From Marinifilum sp. (GTDB taxonomy: Bacteria > Bacteroidota > Bacteroidia > Bacteroidales > CG2-30-32-10): a stretch of 64,000 nt of DNA. The stretch lies in contig DYDE01000004.1 of the NCBI GenBank assembly GCA_020718065.1, positions 9,012 to 73,011 of the forward strand, in the 5' to 3' direction. Each line of letters opens with the position of its first letter. Position 1 is the stretch's first letter. Below, piece by piece: positions 20,694 through 29,668 of the stretch. The notes under the pieces were generated by a model. It searched no databases. It worked only from the letters and a program-made list of their open reading frames with translations, and was not told the DNA's origin. The position numbers and the translations under genes were made by a program.

Positions 20694-22118
20694 ATGAAAA
20701 AACCTATTCTAATAATCGTAATTTTTCTTTCAATATCTCTTTATTCAATTAAAGCTCAAAAACAATGGACACTGAAAGAATGTATTGATTATGCACTTGA
20801 ACACAATATCCAGATTAAACAACAGTATTTAAATCTCGAATTATCAAAAGGAAATCTTTTGCAAAGTAAGATGGCATTGTTGCCAAATATTAATGGTAGC
20901 GCAAATCAGGTTTACAATTACGGAAAAACCATTGATATGTTTACCAATACTTTTGCTACCGAAAAAGTTCAATCAAACAATTTTTATTTAAGCTCTGGCA
21001 TTACATTATTCAATGGATTTCAACTTTTAAACACTATAAAACAAAACCAATACGATGCAATGTCAAGCGCATATAGTCTTGATAAGTTTGAAAACGATAT
21101 ATCATTAAATATTGCTACAGCATATCTTCAGATATTATATAACCAGGAACTACTCGAAATTTCTAAAAACCAATTGGAAATTACTACACAACAGGTAGAA
21201 AGAACCAAGAAATTGGTAGATGCCGGAACACTTGCAAAGGGGAGTCTTTTAACTATGCAGTCTCAAGCTGCTGGTGAAGAATTGCAACTCGTAAGTGCAC
21301 AAAATCAACTCGACCTCTCTTACTTAACCCTTATCCAACTTATTGATCTTGATTCTCCAAAAGATTTTACTATCGAAAAACCAATCATTGAGATGGCACC
21401 TGATGTTAGTTTTCTCACCGAACCAATTCAGATTTACGAAAAGTCTCTTACTATTTTACCCGAAATAAAAAGTGCAGAACTAAAAGTAAAAAGTGCTTAT
21501 ACTGGGTTATCATTAGCAAGAGGTCGTATAAGCCCAAGTTTAAGTCTTAGAGGTAGCATTGGTACTGGGTATTCTGGCGCAAGTACAAGATATAATGGTT
21601 TTACTACAAATGGTCAGGATATTATTGGTTATACTTCTGAATCAATTCCTGTACCTGTTGTTAAACCACATATAGATTATAATATAGAGAAAATTCCTTT
21701 TAATGACCAAATCAATGACAATATCAACAAGTCAATTGGTATTTATTTAACCATTCCTATTTTCAATAATTTTCAGGTTAAGAACACAATTAGTGCTTCA
21801 AAAATTAATTTAAAAAATGCTGAATACAATTTAGATCTTACTAAAAACAACTTAAACAAATCTATTTATCAGGCATATGCCGATGCCAAAGCTGCATTAA
21901 AAAAGTATTATGCCACACTAAAGGCTGTTGAAGCAATGGAAGAATCGTTTAAATACACACAACAAAAATTTGATGTAGGAATGGTTAATTCTATTGATTA
22001 CAATGATGCCAAGAACAAACTTGTTAAAGCAAAATCAGACCTCTTACAAGCAAAATACGAATATGTATTCAGAATTAAAATCCTTGATTTTTATCAGGGC
22101 AAACCACTTACATTTTAA
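20694..22118 (+). CDS. TolC-family outer membrane efflux protein
   Basis: Signal peptide, LKECIDYALEHNIQIKQ start typical of OEP/TolC proteins, and internally duplicated alpha/beta repeats. I prefer the ATG at 20694 over the tracked GTG at 20667. Confidence 0.8.
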   Translation: MKKPILIIVIFLSISLYSIKAQKQWTLKECIDYALEHNIQIKQQYLNLELSKGNLLQSKMALLPNINGSANQVYNYGKTIDMFTNTFATEKVQSNNFYLSSGITLFNGFQLLNTIKQNQYDAMSSAYSLDKFENDISLNIATAYLQILYNQELLEISKNQLEITTQQVERTKKLVDAGTLAKGSLLTMQSQAAGEELQLVSAQNQLDLSYLTLIQLIDLDSPKDFTIEKPIIEMAPDVSFLTEPIQIYEKSLTILPEIKSAELKVKSAYTGLSLARGRISPSLSLRGSIGTGYSGASTRYNGFTTNGQDIIGYTSESIPVPVVKPHIDYNIEKIPFNDQINDNINKSIGIYLTIPIFNNFQVKNTISASKINLKNAEYNLDLTKNNLNKSIYQAYADAKAALKKYYATLKAVEAMEESFKYTQQKFDVGMVNSIDYNDAKNKLVKAKSDLLQAKYEYVFRIKILDFYQGKPLTF

Positions 22119-22143
22119 TTATTTTTAAAGAAAACAATACGAA

Positions 22144-23514
22144 ATGAAAAATAAAAAAGTATTAAAATATTCATTGATTGCACTGGGTGCATTGATAGTG
22201 TTCGTAATTATAGCTAAGAAAAGCGGTTGGATTGGTAAAAGCGAAACAATTAAAATTAGTACAGATTTTGCTACAAAGCGAACCATCGTTGAAATAGTTT
22301 CTGCAAATGGCAAAATACAACCTGAAGTGGAAGTTAAAATTAGCCCTGATGTCTCAGGAGAAATTGTTGAACTTAAAATAAAAGAAGGAGATCAGGTTAA
22401 GAAAGGTCAACTTCTTGCAAAGATCAACCCTGATATGTATTTATCAAATCTGGATAAAATGGTTGCTGCATTAAATAGTTCCAAGGCAAATCTGGCAAAT
22501 TCAAAAGCTCGTTTAGCTCAGGTTCAGGCTCAATTTACAAATGCAAAATTATCTTTTGACAGAAACGAAAAACTATGGAAAGAGAATACTATTTCTCAAT
22601 CGGAATACGATGCTGCTAAATCTGCATACGAAGTTGCCAAATCAGAAGTAGATGCTGCAAACGAAACTGTTATTGCCTCTCAATATAATGTTAAGAGCAC
22701 TGAAGCTTCATTAAAAGAAGCCAAGGACAATTTAACAAAAACATCAATATTTGCTCCTGTTGATGGAACTATTTCTAAACTTAATGTAGAAAAAGGGGAA
22801 AGAGTTGTTGGAACCTCTCAATTTGCCGGAACAGAGATAATGCGAATAGCAGATCTTAGCGAAATGGAAGTTAATGTGAGTGTTAATGAAAATGATATAG
22901 TTCGGGTTCATCTTGGCGATACTGCTCTGGTTGAAGTTGATGCATATCTTAATCGTAAATTCAAAGGAGTAGTAACTGAAATAGCTAATTCTGCAAATAC
23001 TACAGGCGTTAGTGCTGACCAGATTACCAATTTTGATGTAAAGATCAGAATTGTTCGTGAATCTTATTTAGATTTATTATCTGACAAACAAAAGGACAAA
23101 TCTCCTTTCCGTCCGGGGATGTCTGCGACTGTAGATATTCAAACAAAAACAGTTTACAATGTACTTTCAGTCCCTATACAATCTGTAACTACCCGCGATG
23201 ATTCCACTGGTGGAAAAAAGAAAGAAGATCTAACTACAAAGGATCCAACAAATAAAGAGAAAACTGATGAAAAAACCGAAAAATCCAAGAATACTATTGT
23301 AAATGAATATGTATTCCTATATGTAAATGGTGTAGCAAAATTGCAAAAGGTAAAAACCGGTATTCAGGACAATAATTATATAGAAATTATTGAAGGCATA
23401 AAAGAAAAGGACGAAGTAATAAGTGCTCCATATAGGGCAATTTCCAAAACACTTAAAAATAAAGATAAAGTAAAAAAGGTGAAGAAGGAAGACTTGTTTA
23501 CTTCGAAGGAATAA
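22144..23514 (+). CDS. efflux transporter periplasmic adaptor (HlyD/MacA-type membrane fusion protein)
   Basis: N-terminal TM helix, lipoyl-like motif VKISPDVSGEIVELKIKEGDQVKKGQLLAKI, coiled-coil hairpin, beta-barrel IFAPVDGTISKLNVEKGE. Confidence 0.8.
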   Translation: MKNKKVLKYSLIALGALIVFVIIAKKSGWIGKSETIKISTDFATKRTIVEIVSANGKIQPEVEVKISPDVSGEIVELKIKEGDQVKKGQLLAKINPDMYLSNLDKMVAALNSSKANLANSKARLAQVQAQFTNAKLSFDRNEKLWKENTISQSEYDAAKSAYEVAKSEVDAANETVIASQYNVKSTEASLKEAKDNLTKTSIFAPVDGTISKLNVEKGERVVGTSQFAGTEIMRIADLSEMEVNVSVNENDIVRVHLGDTALVEVDAYLNRKFKGVVTEIANSANTTGVSADQITNFDVKIRIVRESYLDLLSDKQKDKSPFRPGMSATVDIQTKTVYNVLSVPIQSVTTRDDSTGGKKKEDLTTKDPTNKEKTDEKTEKSKNTIVNEYVFLYVNGVAKLQKVKTGIQDNNYIEIIEGIKEKDEVISAPYRAISKTLKNKDKVKKVKKEDLFTSKE

Positions 23515-23537
23515 TCTTAATAGTTCATTATTCTTTT

Positions 23538-23545
23538 TATATTTG
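23538..23545 (+). promoter_or_regulatory. -7 box candidate TATATTTG for tsaB
   Basis: Matches TAnnTTTG, 22 nt upstream of the ATG at 23568. Confidence 0.3.
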
Positions 23546-23567
23546 TAATAAACCGTAAATATAATTA

Positions 23568-24266
23568 ATGCCAATAATCTTAAATATCGAAACAGCTACT
23601 TCTGTTTGTTCCATTGCAGTGAGTAAGGATGGTAAATTACTTTCTTTAAAAGAAATTGTAGATGGGAATTCTCATTCATCGGTAATTACTATTTTTATTC
23701 AGCAATTGATGGAGGAGTGCAAGTTAAGTATTTCCGATATTGGTGCTATAGCGGTTAGTAAAGGTCCTGGTTCTTACACGGGATTAAGAATAGGTGTTTC
23801 CACTGCTAAAGGGTTATGCTATTCTCTTGATAAACCATTAATTGCTATTAATACACTGCAAGCTATGGCATGGGGTATGGCAAAAATGAATGCTGGTAAT
23901 TTAAAAAACAGCTTATTTTGTCCTATGATAGATGCTCGACGTATGGAGGTTTATACTGCTTTTTATAACTATAGCAATGAAGAAGTAAGAGAAACATCTG
24001 CCGACATTATTGATCAATATTCTTATAACGATATTTTATCAAAACAGCAGGTAATTTTTGCCGGTAATGGATCAGATAAATGCAAAGAAATACTTTTAGC
24101 ATATCCCAATGCTTCTTTTCTTGATGGGTTCCAAGCTTCAGCAAAATATATGATATCTATAGCCGAGAATAAATTTAAAAAGTCTGAATTTGAAAATACG
24201 GCCTACTTCGAGCCTTTCTATTTAAAAGATTTTGTTGCCGGAAAACCAAAAGTAAAAGGTTTATAA
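23568..24266 (+). CDS. tsaB: tRNA t6A37 biosynthesis protein TsaB
   Basis: ILNIETATSVCSIAV, VSKGPGSYTGLRIGVSTAKGL, ~232 aa. Confidence 0.85.
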   Translation: MPIILNIETATSVCSIAVSKDGKLLSLKEIVDGNSHSSVITIFIQQLMEECKLSISDIGAIAVSKGPGSYTGLRIGVSTAKGLCYSLDKPLIAINTLQAMAWGMAKMNAGNLKNSLFCPMIDARRMEVYTAFYNYSNEEVRETSADIIDQYSYNDILSKQQVIFAGNGSDKCKEILLAYPNASFLDGFQASAKYMISIAENKFKKSEFENTAYFEPFYLKDFVAGKPKVKGL

Positions 24267-24287
24267 GTGTCAAGTACTTTTGCATAC

Positions 24288-25226
24288 TTAGGGTGCTTGT
24301 ATGGATTTCCTTTTTTCTGTACGATAAAATAGAAAGATCAAAGAAAAGATAAGTAGCAAACTAAAGGTAGATAATAACACTGCATTATTTTCCGTTCCGA
24401 CTTTATCAATATCAAAATTTAATTGTTTTTTGCGACTCAGAAAATCAACAATAACTGCTAATGCATTATTAGTGAAATGTGCCATTATAGGAAGCCATAA
24501 AGAACCTGACCAATAAAGCAGATATCCAAACAATGCGCCCATCAATACACGGGGAATCAAGCCATAAAATTGTAAATGAATTGCTCCAAATAAAAATGCA
24601 GAAAAGAAAATTGCGATATGAATGTTTTTTGTCCATTCTAGGAACAATTTCTGCAATACTCCTCTGAAAAACAACTCTTCTCCAACAGCGGCAAGCACTG
24701 CTATCACAAACAAATTAGCCAATAAGCCATATATGGTTGACACATTAAGAAAAACTTCAGTGATTTTTGCAGCAGCATCTTCCGATTCTTTCATCCAGCT
24801 CTCCATTCCTGCCAAAAACCCAGGCAAATGTATTTTTGAATTTATTAATGCAAGCCAGTTTATAAATGGAATTGCTACGATCATTATTAAACATGATAAT
24901 GCAATAGATAATAATTTTGTCCCTTTGTTTAATTGCAGGTATTCTTTAATATTTTTGCTTACCAGCAGCGCAAATACAATAACAGGTGTAATAAAAAGTC
25001 CAATTTGGCTTACTGACTGAAAATATTTTGCTATAGTAGCATATTCAGGATTAGCAGATTGGGTGAGTGCATTGAATAGTTCTAAAAATCCGACGCCAAA
25101 CAATGGCATAGCTATCAAAAAGCCCAAAATCATGCATATAATAAATGTAACAAATACAATACTTAAAAAAAGTACCAGTTTTACAGCATGTGGTGTATTA
25201 TAAAATAAGGGGTTTCTTGTTGTCAT
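24288..25226 (-). CDS. CPBP-family intramembrane glutamic endopeptidase (CAAX protease-like)
   Basis: Polytopic membrane protein with EELFFRG, FGAIH and HFTNN motifs. Confidence 0.8.
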   Translation of the reverse strand: MTTRNPLFYNTPHAVKLVLFLSIVFVTFIICMILGFLIAMPLFGVGFLELFNALTQSANPEYATIAKYFQSVSQIGLFITPVIVFALLVSKNIKEYLQLNKGTKLLSIALSCLIMIVAIPFINWLALINSKIHLPGFLAGMESWMKESEDAAAKITEVFLNVSTIYGLLANLFVIAVLAAVGEELFFRGVLQKLFLEWTKNIHIAIFFSAFLFGAIHLQFYGLIPRVLMGALFGYLLYWSGSLWLPIMAHFTNNALAVIVDFLSRKKQLNFDIDKVGTENNAVLLSTFSLLLIFSLIFLFYRTEKRKSIQAP

Positions 25227-25238
25227 TATAAATTTTAA

Positions 25239-26120
25239 TTAATTTCTTTTATCTATACCCCACATCAACTTGTTTCTGATAGTGCTATAGAAGTTTTCAT
25301 TCTCTAGTTTTACCAGATTTATATTAAACGATGCTTTTTTTATTGTAAGGTTTTCGCCTGATTCTATTGCTAATATACGAGAATCTAAACAGGTTAGAAA
25401 CGACTTGTTTCTTCCTTCAACGGTAAGTTTAATAATATTGTTGTCGGGAATAACAATAGGACGAACAGTTAAATTGTGTGTGGCAATGGGTGTTATTATA
25501 AAATTTTCCGATTCGGGAGCTACTATTGGACCACCACAACTAAGCGAATAACCCGTAGAACCGGTTGGAGTTGCTATAATTAATCCATCAGCCCAATAGG
25601 TATTTAAATATTCTTCATTTACATAAGCTTTAATCATTATCAACGAAGCTGTTTCTTTTTTCTGAACAGAGATTTCATTTAAAGCAAAATTCAGGTTACC
25701 AAAAAAATTCTTTTCTGTTTCCAGGCTTATCAACGATCGTTTGTCAATGGAGTATTTTTTCTTAATAAGTTCATCTATCGCATCCAGACAGTTTTCTTTT
25801 GAAAGGCTTGATAAAAAACCAAGTCGGCCTGTATTTAGACCCAGAATTGGAATTCCCGAATCTTTAACAATAGTAATTACATCAAGTATAGTTCCATCTC
25901 CACCCACACTAAACATAAAGTCTATTGGCATTTTCAATTCTTCTGCTTTCGAAAAAAGGGAGATTTCTGAGATAAAAACAATCTTGTTCTTTTTTAAAAA
26001 ATCATAAAATGGTTTATAAATAAACAATTTTATTTCGAGCAGTTCTAGTTTGGAAAACAATTGTTGTACATAAGCAACAGCGTCTTCACCAAACGATTTA
26101 CCATAAAATGCTATTTTCAT
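25239..26120 (-). CDS. nadK: NAD(+) kinase
   Basis: VGGDGT, ADGLIIATPTGSTGYSLSCGGPIV, 293 aa. Confidence 0.9.
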   Translation of the reverse strand: MKIAFYGKSFGEDAVAYVQQLFSKLELLEIKLFIYKPFYDFLKKNKIVFISEISLFSKAEELKMPIDFMFSVGGDGTILDVITIVKDSGIPILGLNTGRLGFLSSLSKENCLDAIDELIKKKYSIDKRSLISLETEKNFFGNLNFALNEISVQKKETASLIMIKAYVNEEYLNTYWADGLIIATPTGSTGYSLSCGGPIVAPESENFIITPIATHNLTVRPIVIPDNNIIKLTVEGRNKSFLTCLDSRILAIESGENLTIKKASFNINLVKLENENFYSTIRNKLMWGIDKRN

Positions 26121-26132
26121 GTTTAGTTGGTT

Positions 26133-26795
26133 CTATATATTTAAATAGTTCATTAGCGAATCAAACCTTTCCTGAATAATATCCGTATCTTCCTTTTCTG
26201 AGAAAGAAGCTTTTATTATATAATTGTAACGATAAAAAGTTTGTAAGATGGGTGCAAGATCGATTTTGTTAATTTTAATTGTTATCTCAAGCTTTGTAGA
26301 ATCAGGGTGAGAAGTAACATACAGGCTCAATACTTTAGCATCATTCGATTCTACAATTTGGGCAATTTCGGAAATAGAATAATCATTAATATTGAGTTCT
26401 ATTACTATGATTCCGCCTGGGTTTTCGAATGCTGAAATTTTTGAAAATTGTTTTACAAGATTGGCGAGTGTTATTACACCAAGGTAATTGTGCTTTTCGT
26501 CTAACACAGGTAAAAGACTTAGGTCTAGTGTAGAGATAACCTTAAGTACTTCATATATATGCTGTTTTTCGGTAACATATGGTTTTTTTAACGAAAGTAT
26601 ATGGTTGCCCAATGCTTCTTCTGGTGTATTTAAATTTAAAATATCCGCTTCTGATATAAGTCCTAAAAATTCAGTGTTGTTCACTATCGGAAGATGCAAT
26701 ACCTTAAACTCATCCATAGTGTTTAAAGCCAGCAAACCAGTATCCGATGTTTTGAGCGGTAATATAAAGTCACTTATTAAATCTTTTGCCAGCAT
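26133..26795 (-). CDS. CBS-domain pair protein
   Basis: Two CBS-type modules (HLPIVNNTEFLGLISEADIL; LLPVLDEKHNYLGVITLANLV) plus a C-terminal ACT-like extension, directly upstream of nadK. Confidence 0.7.
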   Translation of the reverse strand: MLAKDLISDFILPLKTSDTGLLALNTMDEFKVLHLPIVNNTEFLGLISEADILNLNTPEEALGNHILSLKKPYVTEKQHIYEVLKVISTLDLSLLPVLDEKHNYLGVITLANLVKQFSKISAFENPGGIIVIELNINDYSISEIAQIVESNDAKVLSLYVTSHPDSTKLEITIKINKIDLAPILQTFYRYNYIIKASFSEKEDTDIIQERFDSLMNYLNI

Positions 26796-27267
26796 AATAA
26801 TTATGATACTATTATTTTATTAATCAGTAACGTTTTTTTGTTTTTATATAAATGTATAATTGTTTAATAATTCATTAAATATAACTGATTTTCATAAAAA
26901 ACAATTAAGCAATAAAACATAAAGCAATTCAACATTAAATTTTCAATACAAACCTACGTGTTTTTTTTTTAATAAATAAACAATCAATCTATGAAAAAAA
27001 AATTGTGAAATATTTATTTTAATTCAGAGAAAATATTATAGGATTTCTTTTTCTTCCTTAAATTTTTTAGATCAGGTTTGTTGAAATGGCAAAATAGCTA
27101 ACATCTTTTGAATATTCTTTAGTGTAACTCTTTATTAGTTGGTGATAAAAACAGATAAACTTGTTATGAGATTGTTTTAAATGATAAATTTAAGTGTAAA
27201 AATCTAAATAATACTATTTGGTATGGGATGAAGCTCGTTTTTGTTTTAAGTTTTGAGGATTTAAGGT

Positions 27268-27687
27268 ATCGGGAACGCATCGGAAGGGAAGGAAATTGAT
27301 TTGGAACATGAGGAAATTGGTTCGGAAGGGGAGGAAATTGATCCGGAAGGAGAAGAAATTGGTTCGGAAGAGGAGGAAATTGGTTCGGAAGGAGAAGAAA
27401 TTGGTTCGGAAGAGGAGGAAATCGATCCGGAAGGAGAAGAAATCGATCCGGAACATGAGGAAATCGATCCGGAAGGAGAGGAAATTGGTTCGGAAGAGGA
27501 GGAAATTGATCCGGAACATGAGGAAATCGATCCAGAAGGAGAAGAAATTGCTTCGGAAGAGGAGGAAATTGATCTGGAAGGGAAGGAAGTCGATTCGGAA
27601 GAGGAGGAAATAGGATTGGAGGAGGAAGAAATTGGAATGGAGGATAAGGAAATTTATTCGGAAGGAGAGGAAATTGAGTTGGAAGTG
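27268..27687. repeat. tandem array of a 21-bp unit GARGAAATYGRTYCGGAAGRR, 19 phased copies plus one degenerate copy
   Basis: Copies start at 27289, 27310, 27331, ..., 27667, exactly every 21 nt. Central copies are near-identical and the flanking copies decay. The plus strand is strongly purine-rich. Confidence 0.95.
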
Positions 27688-27694
27688 TAGATTT

Positions 27695-27857
27695 AGGATT
27701 TACGATTACTCTCACTAAAAGTTTGGGATTTGCGATTTTTTTACCACGAAGGAACACAAAGGGTTTTCACAAAGGAGCACTAAGGGATTTTCGATTACTC
27801 TCAATACAAGTTTGCGATTTAAGATTTTTTAACCAAGACACAAAGGATTTTCATAAA
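27695..27857. repeat. two direct copies of a ~75-80-bp element containing GGATTTnCGATT submotifs and a CACAAAGG box
   Basis: 27695-27775 aligns with 27784-27857: ..GGATTTaCGATTACTCTCAcTAaAAGTTTGgGATTTgcGATTTTTT.ACCA..ACACAAAGGgTTTTCAcAAA. Confidence 0.8.
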
Positions 27858-28144
27858 TTACATAATGTGGATTAATTAAGTGGCAGGATATAGTAGCAGG
27901 TGGAAGAAGGCATGTTGGTTTTTCAGGAATATATGAGGCAGGAAATTGGTAAACATGTCCCTGTTTCCATCAAATGCCAATTTAAAAAAAATTACATTTC
28001 AAATTATTATAAAGGTCCAACCTTTCAAAAAGGTAGAAACTATTGCATCAAAATAAATACTCATTCAATTTTAATTTTATATCTTACTTCTGCATATCAA
28101 TTTTTCTTATTTAAAACTAATTTTTCCATGTACACAAGTTTTAA

Positions 28145-28152
28145 TAGTTTTG
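28145..28152 (+). promoter_or_regulatory. -7 box candidate TAGTTTTG for pdxJ
   Basis: Matches TAnnTTTG, 18 nt upstream of the ATG at 28171. Confidence 0.3.
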
Positions 28153-28170
28153 TAAATAAATTCAACACAA

Positions 28171-28887
28171 ATGACAAAACTTAGTGTTAATATAAACAAG
28201 ATTGCACTTATTCGCAATGCCCGTGGAGGCAATTTACCGGATGTTTTAAAAGTTGCTCTCGATTGCGAACGTTTTGGCGCGGAGGGAATAACCGTACATC
28301 CTCGCCCAGATGAACGGCACATTCGCTTCAAAGACCTCACTGATTTAAAACCATTACTTAAGACCGAGTTTAACATTGAAGGTTATCCTTCAAAGTTCTT
28401 TATCGATAAAGTAATTTCTGTAAAGCCAGCGCAAGTTACACTTGTTCCGGATCCTCCTGGAGCCATTACCTCAAGCGCTGGGTGGGATACCATTAAAAAT
28501 GAATCATTCCTCAAAGATGTTATTGCTGAATTTAAGAAAAACGGAATTCGTACTTCGGTTTTTATTGATACCGATTTGCAAAACATCAGAAATGCAATTA
28601 AAACCGGCACTGATCGTATTGAATTATATACCGAAAAATATGCACACGATTATTATATAAACAAAGAGGAAGCTATTAAACCATATATGCAGGCTGCTAA
28701 TTGTGCTTTTGAATTAGGATTAGGTATTAATGCCGGGCACGACCTCAACCTGGATAACCTCAGTTATTTTGCAAAGAACATAAAAGGGTTGCTCGAAGTT
28801 TCTATCGGACATGCCCTTGTGTGCGATGCTCTTTATCTGGGTTTGGAAAATACAATTCAATTGTATTTGCGACAACTTAAAAGTTAA
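28171..28887 (+). CDS. pdxJ: pyridoxine 5'-phosphate synthase
   Basis: [39 protein letters not shown], 238 aa. Confidence 0.95.
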   Translation: MTKLSVNINKIALIRNARGGNLPDVLKVALDCERFGAEGITVHPRPDERHIRFKDLTDLKPLLKTEFNIEGYPSKFFIDKVISVKPAQVTLVPDPPGAITSSAGWDTIKNESFLKDVIAEFKKNGIRTSVFIDTDLQNIRNAIKTGTDRIELYTEKYAHDYYINKEEAIKPYMQAANCAFELGLGINAGHDLNLDNLSYFAKNIKGLLEVSIGHALVCDALYLGLENTIQLYLRQLKS

Positions 28888-28891
28888 TTTG

Positions 28892-29668
28892 GTGAAACTC
28901 TTTTACAGAAAAATCGGAAAAGGAAAACCATTTATAATACTTCATGGGTTGTTTGGTTTGTCGGACAATTGGTTTACTTTGGGTAAATCTTTGTCAGAGA
29001 AATATGAAGTAATTCTGGTAGATCTGAGAAATCATGGGCAGTCACCCCATAGTTCGCATTTTACATACAATGCAATGTGTCAGGATCTGCTCGATTTGTA
29101 TGAAGAACTAAATATTAGTGAAGCAATAATGCTTGGTCACTCCTTGGGAGGAAAAGTTGCCATGCAATTTGCATTAGATAATCCGGAAAAAGTAGAAAAA
29201 CTGATTGTTGTGGACATTTCCCCCAAACCAACACCATTAAGGCATCTGGATATCATCAATACAATGCTTGATATTGATTTTGAAAAGCTTAAAACACGTT
29301 CTGAAGTAGAGCAACAACTCGAAAAAACCATTAAAAGCAAACAAGTCCGACAATTGTTAATGAAAAATCTGTATTGGGCAGACAAAACACGATTGGCCTG
29401 GAAGCTTAACATTTTCGCCATCAACGACAATCTGGATGAAATATTTAAAGAGATTATTAGTATTAATCCTTTTAATAAACCTATATTAGTTGTAAAAGGA
29501 GCCCTTTCTGATTATATCACCAAAGAAGATCTTTCTCAAATTAAAGTATTATTCCCTGAATTTAAAATAAGTATTATTGAAAATGCTGGTCATTGGGTTC
29601 ATTCCGACAATCCATCTGCTTTTATGGAAGCTGTAAACTTGTTTTTAAACAGCGCTCAAAACCCATAA
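28892..29668 (+). CDS. alpha/beta-fold hydrolase
   Basis: HGLFG oxyanion motif, nucleophile elbow GHSLGG, C-terminal AGHWVH. I prefer the GTG at 28892, just after the pdxJ stop, because the tracked ATG at 28811 would overlap pdxJ by 77 nt. Confidence 0.75.
   Translation: MKLFYRKIGKGKPFIILHGLFGLSDNWFTLGKSLSEKYEVILVDLRNHGQSPHSSHFTYNAMCQDLLDLYEELNISEAIMLGHSLGGKVAMQFALDNPEKVEKLIVVDISPKPTPLRHLDIINTMLDIDFEKLKTRSEVEQQLEKTIKSKQVRQLLMKNLYWADKTRLAWKLNIFAINDNLDEIFKEIISINPFNKPILVVKGALSDYITKEDLSQIKVLFPEFKISIIENAGHWVHSDNPSAFMEAVNLFLNSAQNP

Noticed and set aside
27268-27687. CRISPR array
   Set aside because: The 21-bp units abut each other with no spacers, the repeat is not palindromic, and no cas genes are in the window. 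This is a tandem minisatellite.
27164-27757. Four overlapping tracked ORFs (27164..27757 -, 27214..27519 -, 27296..27613 +, 27301..27690 +) as separate protein genes
   Set aside because: They are all the same stop-free 21-bp repeat read in different frames. At most one can be real, and none has a convincing start or context, so they are reported as a repeat with the coding question left open.
27900-28184. 94-aa ORF upstream of and overlapping the pdxJ start
   Set aside because: It has a GTG start and low-complexity AT-rich translation, contains the pdxJ -7 box, overlaps the pdxJ ATG, and shows no motif.
28811-28891. Upstream ATG start for the alpha/beta hydrolase
   Set aside because: It would overlap pdxJ by 77 nt and add a non-homologous-looking N-terminus ([15 protein letters not shown]..). 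The GTG at 28892 gives the usual short distance to the HGLFG motif.
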